Made by a program: the position numbers and the translations under genes. DNA of 64,000 nucleotides, from positions 74,299 to 138,298 of the forward strand of contig RDEW01000002.1 of assembly GCA_011109175.1 (NCBI GenBank). Direction: 5' to 3'. The DNA comes from Dicyema japonicum (lineage: Eukaryota; Animalia; Dicyemida). Below the pieces are notes generated by a model that ran no database searches, was not told the origin of the DNA, and saw nothing but the letters and a program-made list of their open reading frames with translations. Below, one piece after another: positions 1 through 16,499 of this stretch. Position 1 is the stretch's first letter; every line of letters starts with the position of its first letter.

Positions 1-4325
<4,325 letters not shown>

Positions 4326-4773
4326 ATTTTTTTTAACTTTTTATTTTTTTGTAATATTTTTTGGTACCACTCGAATTGAGTTTATTTTATTGAGCTTTTT
4401 TTGTCGAAGGTTGAGGTGGTGACGTTTCTCGAGTACACGAGTTACTACTTCTTTTAATGATGTAGGAGACACTTGTATTTTTCTTCCGTGAGAAACGACG
4501 TTTTGGTGAACGTTATCCAGACTTTTTTATTGAAGTGATTTTGTTCTGTTGATTTGACTGTGTTTGATATTTCGAAAACAGATTTTAGGTGATATCTATT
4601 TGAGATGCCTCGCTGAACTATTTCAGATGTGACCGACGTCATTTTTTTTCGATTTCACCAAAATATAATAAATTATTAATATTTAATTTTGTCTATCTTA
4701 TCAACTATCTGATACCGCCGATGATAAATTTATAAAATTAATTAAATCGGCCAAATTATTCAAAGTCAGCTGA

Positions 4774-7521
4774 ATGGTCTATTTACCAAATAATCGACGG
4801 TTAGACCATAAAAATCTAAAACTCCACAAAGTAAGCAAATATTAACAAGTAGAAATCATTCATCAAAAATGAAAACATCACAGCTTTTTCATTTGATCCG
4901 GTTGATCTTAGACTTGCCATTTCAACTCAAAGCAACAAAATAATAATGTACATTTTATCGAAACTGTCCACAGCTTCACATTCGAGATGTTTGTATGAAT
5001 TGAATCTACAGTGGGGGATCAAGGTAATCCATTTGATACCCCGACATGTAAATGACTCGTTTATACTTAGAATCAACTAATATGTATTCAGATCGATGGG
5101 AACGCCCTATTTTACGAATTAGACCCAATCAACGGAACCTTGATTCTCAGAAAACAAAATACTTTATATAAAATGTAATTTTTAGTTATTTTATAAAAGA
5201 AATCACAGAATAATCTCGGCTTCCGCTTTATGTGTTAAGAGGAAACGACTTTGGGTCGCCATTGAGTTTTTTAGCGGACTTGGCTACGTGGACTTCGAAA
5301 ACCTTTGTTTCCACTTTGAGGAATCCACGTTTTTTGGTGAACACAGAGTACGGTACGAATATTTGGGAATCAGACCAAACGAGTCCGAGAAGTCACGTGG
5401 GGTTAATAACATTGTCATCCACCATTACGATAAGACAGAACTTATCGTTTACTCAACTTTTCACGGAATGGTCATTTTTTATGATTCGACAATTGGGAGA
5501 ATAGTGAAGAATATAAACACGGAAAGTGTATTTGACCTTTAATACGAATATTGTAGCAATTAACCTCCCTGGCCTTAAATTTCGACGGAAAGATAATTTT
5601 GACTGGACAGAAAAATGGAAATGTTTACAAATTCAACATCGACTCTTTCAGTCGACGTAAACAATCACCGCATAACTGGGACTTTTTTAACACGGAAAGT
5701 ACCCCCACCTGCCTTCTACTGAACGAACAAAACGGTCGGTCATTCCATGTTCGAGTCGGTTCACCCTACAGAACTAACGAAAGCACGTGTCTTTTAATCA
5801 ATTATAAAGACGTGGAAGGAATTTTTAAATTTGAAAACGAAATTTTGGGGGTTGAATTTTTTACTGAAAATCACGGTTTTTTGTTGAAACTAATTGAAGA
5901 ATCAGACCTCCACTCTGAATTCATTCTTGTTGTGACCAGACTGTCATGCCATGTCATTGAGGTTACGGCCAATATGGACTCTCACATCGTCCGCACCCCT
6001 TATTTCTCATCAATAGCATCCAAGAATATTACCACGTGTCATTTTATTCCGAACTGTCCGTATAATTTACTGGCACAGATCCACAAACAGGAAATCTCCG
6101 CTTTTTATCGGGATATTCGACCAAGTTTATTTGTGACTTAGTTAGGAATTTTTGGGTAAGAAACCATCACGAAGACGACGTGTACAGACAAAGAGACATA
6201 ATCATAGTCACGTGGGGGATATATTTATATTTGATAGGACTAATGACGGGTTTATGGAAACGTGGGACGTTCAAGGGGATTCTGCGTTTATGATTCGTGC
6301 AATAAACTATGTCGGATTGCTGTTCAACAAATATGAGAACATTAACTACGGAAAAGAAGTTAAAGGATTGACGCACGTGTGTGATATAAAGTTATGTTAG
6401 ATAACAGAGACTAAACCTAAGCTGATTGACTCCTATATGGTTGATTCCATCCACGTGGATATTAGGAATGGGGTGACAATGCTGTGCATAAAAAACGTCA
6501 TCTATTTTCTTATATTTGAATACGACTGCAATGTGAAGACAAAAGTAGTGAACTCTTATCACCGCAGATTATCGACGTCGATGTGGTGAACATGTCCTCT
6601 GTCGATGTTGCCGATAAGTACTTCCTCACCCCGTATTTTCACAATGTCAGCATCCCCCTAATTGTGACTTTTCAGAATCTTGTTAATTCTATGAGTTGTC
6701 AGGAAGATTGCAAAATGTCAATATTTAGGGTTTTATTCATAGACTAGCCGTGGGGACAGCTCTGGGCTTCGTCTTGATAGATTACGGATATGGCTCTATT
6801 TTGTACCAGCATTCAGTGCGAGACATTATCGACAGATTCAAGTTACTAAGAAAATACAAAAAATCCATTTTTAAGAATTTTATTTGGTTTGGTTTTCCGC
6901 CCTAATTTTAGCTGTAACTTCATCGGTGGATACAGAAGCATCCCAATGGAGGACATTGACTGTTCCTTGGGGGTCACGTGCATCAAGATCTATTTTAACG
7001 GTTAATATAAAATAACAAAAGTACTAGATTTTGAGAATTTGATGCTTTTGGTGGAAACGGGGTCAAAGACTAGCGTCTATGAGATTACCCTCCATCGAAG
7101 AGTCTCGTTGAGGAAGATCCTCAAAAAATGTGATATTTATAAAATTCTTATTTCCAGTGATTTCAGTGAATATCATCGACGAATTGTCGTTTTCCAGCAG
7201 TGACCAAGCCAGAGCAATTCTAGTGGAATCATTGGTCCCGTCCCACGTGGGTAAACGGTTATATATTCTTAGGAAAAATGTCTTAGAAGTAGTTATAGCT
7301 AATGACAGTAGGTTCGTAATGTAAATCAAATACACGTGGAAAAATCCATCAGAACTCCCTTAAATAGAATTAAGGCCATAAGGTGCGTCTCTCTCCAAAC
7401 TTGGTCACAGCATTCAGTTGATGCACTAATGGCTGTAGATGACAAGGGAAGGATAATCACGTGGGTACTATCTTCTTTGAAGCAGAAAGTAAACAACGAG
7501 TTGGAGAAATCGAACATGTAA
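4774..7521 (+). CDS. Lethal giant larvae / tomosyn (LLGL/STXBP5) family WD40 protein
   Basis: Spliced translation has ITAFSFDPVDLRLAISTQ, PYFSSIASKNITTCHFIPNCP, QRDIIIVTTNDGFMETWDV and LAVGTALGFVLIDY, which match Lgl/tomosyn blocks (ALAFDPV, PYL.S+H...+TC, QRDLLLTGHEDG..RFWD, VAFG...G..L.D). Exon boundaries are approximate. Confidence 0.8.
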
Positions 7522-7669
7522 GGGAAGTTATATAAACTAGTGAGGTTAACCACGTGATGATTGGGGGAAACGGGACTATTCACATTCTTACAGTCGACAG
7601 TAAGCATTATGAATTTAAATATTTCGATAATTCCATTCGAATTTAATAAACTTGTTGTTGCTTAGAGAT

Positions 7670-9800
7670 ATGGTTGACATGGAAAGTACGGGACGGTTGA
7701 GTTTGTCCAAAATAATAGGATTCAACGGTATTGGGCAGGGATGATGATTAGGAGAGGTCCAAAGCGGGCTTTTGGTTCACGTAGATCAGGAACACATAAT
7801 CTTCGCTTTAGGCTGCACTGTAATTGTCGAGAACATTTTGAATGGAGAGCAAGAATTTTTAATGGGAAGTCTGAACAAAATCAGCTGTTTGGCACTTTCT
7901 AAAAGCGGGAAATATATTGCTGCTGGGACTGAGACCTACATGGGCTTCAAGGTTCATGGATGAGTTAAAATAGTCAAATATTTACATTTGGAATTATGAG
8001 ACCAAAACATTGCACTGTCAACTGCAGCTACACAAGGTCAAAACATGTTCCCTGTCTTTCACGTGTGATAGTTGCTACCTGATCTCTTTGGGAGGCCAGG
8101 ATGATGGGAGGTTTCTGTGGGAGTGAATCTTAGTGTTGTTGCGTGGAGTGTAGAACGGAAGGAAGCCATATGTGGCGCCCCCGCACAACCTGTGAGTGCT
8201 GGGTGTACAAATGTGGTCGTTTGTTCGTCAACTGACCCACGTGTGTTCATTACTGGAGGAAAGTAATCGGCTGGGTAAATATTTAGTGGAACATTACGAA
8301 TCTGGCAATTACAGGTGGAAAGGAGAATAATATCTCCCACTGACGTCTCCTTGGGGCAAAATCGGAGATCAATCATCTCGATGACTGTTTAGAGGAGATT
8401 AACGTTAGGTGGACTATAACCGAAACAAAGTATACTGTGGAACCACTACGGGGGATATTATTATCGTTGACATGGAAACCAAAAGTTTTTGTGGGATTTT
8501 CCCTCAAAAGGACAAGTTCAGTCTCGGAATTGTGTCCGTTGCAGTCCTCAACTCCGGGAACATCATTATCGGATCAGGAGAAGGGAAACTTATTGAACTT
8601 GAATTTAATGGTAAAAAGTTCGTCTACAAACGGTAAGTTCCATATTCACTCCCAGAAACTTGGAAGTATCAAAGTCCATTACCTCTCTTTCCTACGCGGT
8701 CCCGGATATCAAATTTACGTCGGATGCTCAGATGGACACATTTACAGATTGAACTACAACAACTTTAGCTGTGAATTACTCAACACGACGCATCAAAAAC
8801 CGATCAACGACGTTTCATTTGCTCCGTATGAATTTTTGCCGGAATTTGGTAGAAATTGCTCGGATCTATTCGTTACTTGTTCTTTCGAGACAATCCGTGT
8901 TTGGTTAACCGCGGAAAATATGGAATTACTGCGAATTATGGTGCCCAACATGACATGTAACTGTCTATCAATCAGCTCTTCGGGAGATTGTATATTCGGG
9001 GGTAAAGGAAAGTATATTTTTAATTTAGGATTTAACGATGGGAGAATCAGAGCTTTCTACCCAAAGTCCGGTCGAGTTCTATTTACCATCGAAAATGCCC
9101 ATAGCCAGGGAGTTACTGCAATGGCTGTTATGGGGGATGGAGGAAAACTTCTCACTGGTGGAGGTTTACTGTAAAGATAAACCTTTTCACAGGAGAAGGG
9201 CAGGTCAGGATTTGGCAGATCAGCCCTTCAAGCCAAAATCTACTTGTGACCTTAAAAGAACATAAAGCCTCAGTGACCTGCATAAAGATTCGAAGCGATG
9301 ATAAAGAGGCCATATCCTCAAGCAAGGATGGGACATGTATTGTGTGGGATTTAGAGTTTGGCTGTAATCTGAGATTACTAGACGGTATGCCCGTAGACAG
9401 ATAATTTTTGCCACGACCTTATTTCACTGCTTGTCCTACGATCATGATGAGGTCCAAATAATCGCCAGTGGAACAGACAGACAGATTGGATATTGGGAAG
9501 TCTACGACGGATCCGCCATTAGACAGGTCACGGGTTCAGATAGCGGAACCATCAACGGAATCGACATTTCGAGATGTGGAAGATATTTTGTGACTGCTGG
9601 AGACGACAAATTGGTCAAAGTGAGATTTTGCTCATTACTCATAGTTATGGTCATATGATAAAGGAACAGTCCTCTTTGTTGGTGAGGGTCACGGAAATAG
9701 TATTCTCAAAGCTAAAATCTGTCCATATTCGCAGTACATCATCACCGTGGCATCAGACGGGTCCATATTTAAATGGAGATTCACCAGAAAATCTGGTTGA
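7670..9800 (+). CDS. CFAP52: Cilia- and flagella-associated protein 52 (WDR16)
   Basis: Spliced translation is colinear with CFAP52 along its length: IIGFNG, DQEHIIFALGCTV, LISLGGQDDGSVVAW, GTTTGDI, KDKFSLG, ELLRIMVPNMTC, SGTDRQIGYWEVYDGSAIR, DGSIFKWRF. One homopolymer frameshift near 8691. A possible extension to 9957 lies in another frame. Confidence 0.95.
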
Positions 9801-10039
9801 GTTTGAGAAACCTGGGTCAGTGGCATCCAAAGTGGAAGAGCCAAATGAAAATAATAACGAAGTGACTAGTCAATGCGACAGACAGTCAGATGCTTCTGTA
9901 AAACCGGAAGATGGGGGACCTCAGGAAGAGTCGATCCATGAAATATGCGCTTCTTAACGTCTAACAAATATTTTAACACAACTCTTTAATAAGGATTTTA
10001 GATATTCCAATAAAATTATAAATATTACAGATAGTTGTG

Positions 10040-10560
10040 TCTAGTCGTTGTTGACGAAGCATAATCCCGTACGATTAATTAAGTGAGGAAGCCATCACCG
10101 CATAGCTATGTCAGTTCACAATAGCGACTGTAACTCGCTTGAATAGCCAGCTTTCACAAAGATCGTCCAAGCGCGTGGAAATATAAATGTGGTTACCAGT
10201 TACTTTCGAAGTGAGATAAATCTTTTTCAAGCTACACGTACATCCGTATCCACCATTGAGGAAAATTTTTCAGTGAAGTAAGGGAGAGATAGATCTTTTA
10301 TGATGCCAGCCAGGCTCTGTGTGTCTCTCGATACAGATGGATCGCATGCTGCCTCTTAGGGTTTACAGAAGACACAGAACAGTAAAAATCCTTCAACCAG
10401 ATAGAATCCTAATCGAATCCCTAACTGCCAGAAGCTGCATGTATAGAATGATAGTTAATGTGATTATGCACTGTGCCGGGAAATTGAAGGCGTCCAGGAC
10501 ACGAGAAAAGGTGAATAATCCCATGGCCGTCAATAGATCCGATGGTCATAGCGACAAATT
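10040..10560 (-). CDS. Possible small intron-containing gene or pseudogene, unidentified
   Basis: GC-richer, exon-like segment between CFAP52 and RPGRIP1L with candidate short GT-AG introns on the minus strand. No family recognised and no clean model obtained. Confidence 0.2.
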
Positions 10561-10642
10561 CGACTGCCCCAAGTTAGCGTATTGACTGGCAAAGGGCGAC
10601 AAAATTTGTTATTTAATTTTATGGAATTTATTAAAAGTTTAA

Positions 10643-13600
10643 TTATCTGTCTAATTCCTCATTTATTGCTGCTAGAACGTCGTAGCATTTTACAGTCAAT
10701 ATTAACGTCCCGATTTCTTCGTCAGTAGAATTGATCACTTTAATGTTTACTTAAAAATACCGGGAAACTGATTTTCAATATAATCCTGTTTATTCTTGAG
10801 GATATCCTTTACATTTACTGTACAAAACCCGAGATCCTCACAATCCCCTTCTCCGTCACTTTCAGGTTCGCTGACCACAACAAACCGAATCCTAAAATTG
10901 GGTGAACTATTACCCAGTGCTCTTCAAATCCTCTTTTATCAGCATTACAGCCAAGTTTTGACGATTTTCATAATTTTCTGAATAATTCACGTTTATGACT
11001 GCCAAATAAGCCGTTTTGAGAAAACCTTTAGTAAAATTGAAATCAAGTTTCTTGTTCGTTTTTGCTAAGGAAAATTTGGTCTCCGTTTCTTCGGGGGGTA
11101 AATTGAGAAATATATATGAGACGAACAAATTCGTTATTCGGGGGTCATTCATGATTATTTGATTTGGTAGAAAACTGTGGATCGTTATGATTACTTCGTC
11201 ACTCTAAAATCACCCCCAAGATCGACCTCATTGGTTTTTTCAATGTTCGTACTCACCTCTTCTGTAGAGAACTCAAAGTCATCCTCATAAATATAATCTG
11301 TCTTCGACTCACTGAATGACTCGTCAAAGTCTTCTATGGTCTCGGCCATCATTATCTTTGGATCTGAAATTCTGACACGCTTCGTTTTAGGTTTCTTGGC
11401 ATCTTGGGTCTTTATGTTCGGCATCAAAGACTTTTTTGGAGGATCTGGCATTTTCAGAATCGAAGGGCGTTTTTCTTCTTTCAGGGCATTTTCTAGTTGA
11501 GAGAGATTTTTATCGTCTTCAATTGAGTCATTACTCGATTCCTTTAATAATTTAATCTCTTCAATCTGTTTTTTCAAAGTCTCTTCTTTATTCAGACTTT
11601 CGGGATCTTTTATGATTATTTTGGGAGTCTTCTCTTGCGACTGAGTGCTCATTTTATCACTGGTTTCTTCAACTTTGAATTTTTGGGAAGAACCCGATTC
11701 TGATATTTTTGGAGTTTCAATCTCTTTTTTGGTTTTCACAATTTTTTCTGGACTTGTTTTTTCACGTTTCTTGAAATCTATTTTATCAGCAATTTCTCCA
11801 TCCTTGGGTTTCACCAAGGCATCAACCTCTGATATTCTTTCATCTTTTTTGAGAGACTTGGGAGTTCTCACAAGGTCTTCACTTTTTTCGATATTTTTTA
11901 GAGTTGGAGACTCAAGTTTGCTAAATTCAGGGTTTTCCGTAGATTTTGAAGGGATTTTATCGTCGGTTACCTTTAGGATTGGTTTTTCTGGCAAAGGTTT
12001 ACGTTTTTCAGGTTCTTTACTTTGTAGAGTTTGTGCCACCATTGGCCTGATATCACCACGTGGTAGTTTCTCTGAGGGAGGTTCGATTAGTGACTCATTA
12101 ATTTTTGGTGGAATCCCATGATAGACAAACGTCAATGAACCCATTGGGAGTCCCATTTTCCTGAGATAACAACAATTTTGTACCCTAAACAACTGGAACG
12201 GTCCTTGAATTACTTTACCACGTGCTAAGGTTACCAGCTGTATCTTTCCAGCACACAAATAAGAGGCATCATCCGCCTCGTTATCATCAAACACATAAAC
12301 TACCAAATCCTAAGCGTCACAAACGGTAATACATTGGACTTTAGATAACTATCGAGATTGCTGGTAAAAGGAATGGTAAAGGTCTTGCTGTCGTCGAACT
12401 CTGGACTGCTGGATTTGATAATAGCAGTATCGTGGTCAGGGAAATCAAAAAATTTGTACATAACGTACAACGATGGGATTGACTCTGCTGGCTTATAATT
12501 TGACTCAACCTGTGTTTGATTTAACTGCCGTACAACGGAAAATAGTAATTTTGAGATTTATGATGCTTCCTTGTGAAGGTAGAACCACTTCCAGAGCTCT
12601 TAGACGTTCTTGATATTGTAACAGTGAAGTTTCAAACGGTTCTTTCATTTTATAGGAGTAAAATATTTCGCACACGTGGTTTCCTGCTTGATCTGTGAAA
12701 ATAATACAGTCTGAAGACCAAATAGAGTGACTGAAGAGTTTATGAAGGACGTTTGAGAGTGAGCAAGCAGGTTTTTAAAGTTAATCTTGGAAGTGCCTAG
12801 TGACTTAAATGTAGTTCCTCTTGATTCGAGCAACTCCAGCTGTGCGGTCCCCTAAGTAAGTTTCAACGAATTGTAACCTTTCGTAAATAGTCGATAAAGA
12901 AGTCATCCAAAGTGACCAAATATTTGACATTGAAATCAAAAAAAGGTCTAAAATTACGCAGACACTGAAACCTATTCCCAGACACCACGTTAGTCGCCAC
13001 AATTTCAAAATCGAAAAATTCAAAAATACAGAAATATGACATATTTTTGACATCTTGTCCTATCTTTTTGGCAACGACTCCCTACGAGGTAATAAATAAA
13101 CCGAAACCTCTCTGATATGGAATTCGAATATATTCTGCCCTTTTTCTACTTCATATTCAAATGTCCCGTCCTAAAGAATTTGAAAGTAAACAGACCATGG
13201 CCCGTTCTTCCAAGGTATATTTCTTCTTTCCGTAAGCAATATCACTTAATTGAGCTTTGAGGGTCTCAATTTTCCTAGTTTTGGTATCTAACAAGGATTT
13301 TATTTCTCCCTGCTTGGCCAATGAATGATGTTCCTGAACTTGTAGCTTTTCATTAAGGATTGTAATCTTAAACTCAAACGTCTCCCAACTTCTTTTTGGT
13401 AGTCTTTCGATATTTTATGCTGGAGCATTAGCATTTCGTGGGTTTTCCACAATTCCGCGACAGTTTCAGCGTAGTCGACTTGCATTTTCTTGTAAGCTTC
13501 CTTCAAATCTTGGGAATAAGCTTTCTCATACCTGAATACGACAAATCCTGGTCATCAACTTTTTTTACGAAACTCAGATCCACTTTAGCCGGCTTATTAG

Positions 13601-15047
13601 CTTCCAAGAAGGCTTTATTGAGTTCGAGGATCTCTTCTTCTCTGCCCTTCGTTAACATGTCGATTTGGTTTTCCAATAGAGTTATCTTCTCTTTGAGTTC
13701 CTTATTCTCCCTAACAGAGGCAGATAAATTTTGAGAAATATTTGAATTTTGAACTAAATTTTTCAGGAAAAATACTTTTATCCGTTGAAAGTCTCTTAAT
13801 CATGTTATTTTTAGTTTCCAGTTCCACCTTCATGGCTGATTCCAGCTGAGAGATTTGGTTTTTAAGAATCTGCTCTTTTCTGTCTCTTTCAGGGTCCTTA
13901 TCTTGTTTTAAGGCGCTGAATTCACCGTCAAAATCAACCTTTTTAAAAACTCGTTGTTGGCTTCCTTTAAAATTGAATTTTCCTGCTTCAACGAGATAAT
14001 TTCAAGTTGAAGCTATTTTAATGAAGCTGCTCATACCTCTGAGATCTTGGAAGTGGAAGATGCGGCCAATCTCAGCTCGTTTTGGAGCATCGAGATTTTC
14101 CTGTCGTCGTCTGATTTGATCTCCGACTGTCTTCGAATCTCAGATATGAATTTGTCTGAATCTGTGTGAGAACTCAACGTTGTCTACAATATCAATGACC
14201 CGAGACCTTTTGGAGGGATAAGTACTGTTCCTGGAGAGTTTTAAATTTGTTCTTCCATTCTTGGATAGTTTTTTGACACGTGACAAGCTCGATGTTTTCT
14301 CCAAAATCGGGCTTGTTGAGATCGCTGATATTTTCCTGCATTCTCATTATTCGCTGCGTGTAGGTTTCTTCAATTTCCTGAGATTAAATTGAATTTGACT
14401 TTTATTTTTTGATTTTTGTTTTCGATTTCGATTTTTAATTCCAACATTTTATCTTCCTTGGCGGTTATTTCATCGTTTAAACTTCGAATCCTTCTTTCGT
14501 ATTCCCGATAGTTAGAAATGACTTCACCTCGCGGCCGAGGGACGCCAGTGAGGGAGCTTTAAGTAAAGGTGGTCAAGGTTACCTTGGACGACTTGAACTC
14601 ACTAACCCCGTGTTGATCCGAGAAGCTATGTTTTGGTAGGATTTTGACTGAGTCGGGTCATTGGCTTTATTTGCAGCAATTTGATCTTCAGTTGCTTTAC
14701 GTTATTTTTTAGTTGAATATTTTCAGTTTTCAAGAAGTTATGGTCTCCTTATATTCCAGGTCCCTTTCTGTATAATAATATAAGTCATCAGTACCTGGTG
14801 GAGTTCCCCTTTGCTGATCCCTGGCCATTCTAAGAAGTTTTGTAGCCATCCTCAAATTAGCTAAAGGGATTACTTTTTCATTTTTTGATCTTTTTGGTTC
14901 ATTTCAGTCTTCAAATCAATGATATAATCGTATGAACGGAGATATAGATCTTCGAGTTCCTCCCGGTCGCATTTTGATATTATAAACACCTGGTTTTTCG
15001 CCGGAATGAGAAATTCTTAATTTTTAATTCGAAAATTCACCAGACAT
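10643..15047 (-). CDS. RPGRIP1L: RPGRIP1-like ciliary transition-zone protein (fantom/MKS5)
   Basis: N-terminus [15 protein letters not shown]...KMATKLLRM matches the RPGRIP1L SREELEDRFLRL...RMATKL motif. It is followed by long coiled coils, C2 domains, a charged linker (ORF 11191-12306) and a C-terminal RID-type C2 ([19 protein letters not shown]; [15 protein letters not shown]). One homopolymer frameshift near 14740. Confidence 0.9.
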
Positions 15048-15489
15048 TGTCGGTTACTATGACAATAATTGAATGTTTAAAGTCATTAAATTTCCGAGTA
15101 AAAAAAAACTATAAAAATTTTAAATTAATTATTACTAAAATAACTGATATTTTAATTTTTATTGTAAACCTTAATTGTGGGGCAATTTTTGTTTCAACTT
15201 GCAGATTTTGAGTGAATCATTTTAATCTTCGATGACGAGCATGACAGACGAATTGCTGACCAGAAGAGCTACGGAGCCCATAGAAAACCACTTCAAGAAT
15301 CTAACTACTTCCAACAACGCTGGCTGGAATCACCAAATATGTTTCCGAAAAGCAAAATCTGGAAATGGCAAAAACTCAACAAAAAGTAAATTTTTATATC
15401 TTCGAAGCTTAAAACGGGAAAGTCATGACGCTGATGGCCTCAAGGCGAAAATCTTCAAGTCAGAACCCATAAGCTATAAAACGATATGA

Positions 15490-16135
15490 TCAAATATTCA
15501 GTACCCTTCCGTCACAAGGTATTCTATCGCAACCCACGCGTCGATCTTAAGTCGTCGAAAACACAGATAAAACACGGTTACAACTCACCTCGATAGGAAT
15601 CGTTGCACACCTATGTGCAGCAATATGTTTGGGATCATAGGGATCGATCAACAAATAAATGTTCTCATTGTAAGTCTAGGAACATCTCGGTTCATCAGTT
15701 AGCCACTCGGTGCGGATCCATGTTCTAATAGGAGCACGTGTGGAGGCGTAACGAGGTATAGAGGAGTATTCATCTTCTATTATGCAATAAGTATGGTATT
15801 CACCAACCAGAAAGTTCGGACTCATAAGGTGGAATCTTGGTAGAGAACACCTATGTTTAAATCTAGGTGGACAGGTTGTCAGAACTTTGGTGTTAGTCAA
15901 GAACATTAATATAGAACATTAAATATTGTGGTATACGACATGGATTCGGTCGAGTCTTAATTATACAAGTAGGAATCACGTCTCAAAACCGTTTGCAAAA
16001 AGTGAAGATGGAGAAAAAAGGAAATAAAACGAGATGAGGTAGATGCTTGGTTACAAAATCTTCGTTATTCTATAGAAATGAAGAATTGAAACAACGTACC
16101 ATATGGTCTATCTAAAAAAGTGTAGGATTAGAAAA
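15490..16135 (+). mobile_element. Decayed 3' fragment of the same RLE (R4/Dong-like) retrotransposon family as 21155-24603
   Basis: Alignable by eye to about 23700-24380 (e.g. gtcgatcttaagtcgtcga, acaactcacctcgat, ttagccactcggtgcggatccatg, catcttctattatgcaataagtatggtatt). Carries many stops and indels. Confidence 0.88.
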
Positions 16136-16499
16136 GAAGCATCAGGCATACTAACAATCAACTGTTTTAAAAAAAACCCTTAAAAACTTTACACTGAAGA
16201 CAGGAGACAAAATCCGGTATTGAATTAATTTTGACAACTTACTCGTATTTAACATCTTAACAAACCAGTTGAATTAACCAACAATAAATTCACTGATCTT
16301 TTTGTTAAGCAGATATTTAATAACCTGGCGTACACCCACGAATTAAAGCTATACATCCATATCAAATAAGGACATTTGGGTACAATTATAAAAAAATATC
16401 TACAAAATAGAAATCCAATATGTCTACAACAAACTTCTTTATCAAACATAGGATTCTAAAAATATTTTTTTCAGTATAAAAAATCAAAATTTTATATTG

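Noticed and set aside
5580-6620. Apparent excess of TCGA
   Set aside because: Only about twofold by eye in a short stretch, and not distinguishable from local composition without computation.
11645-12121. 158-aa plus-strand ORF and other antisense ORFs in the track
   Set aside because: Shadow ORFs opposite Lys/Glu-rich RPGRIP1L exons, with no independent homology.
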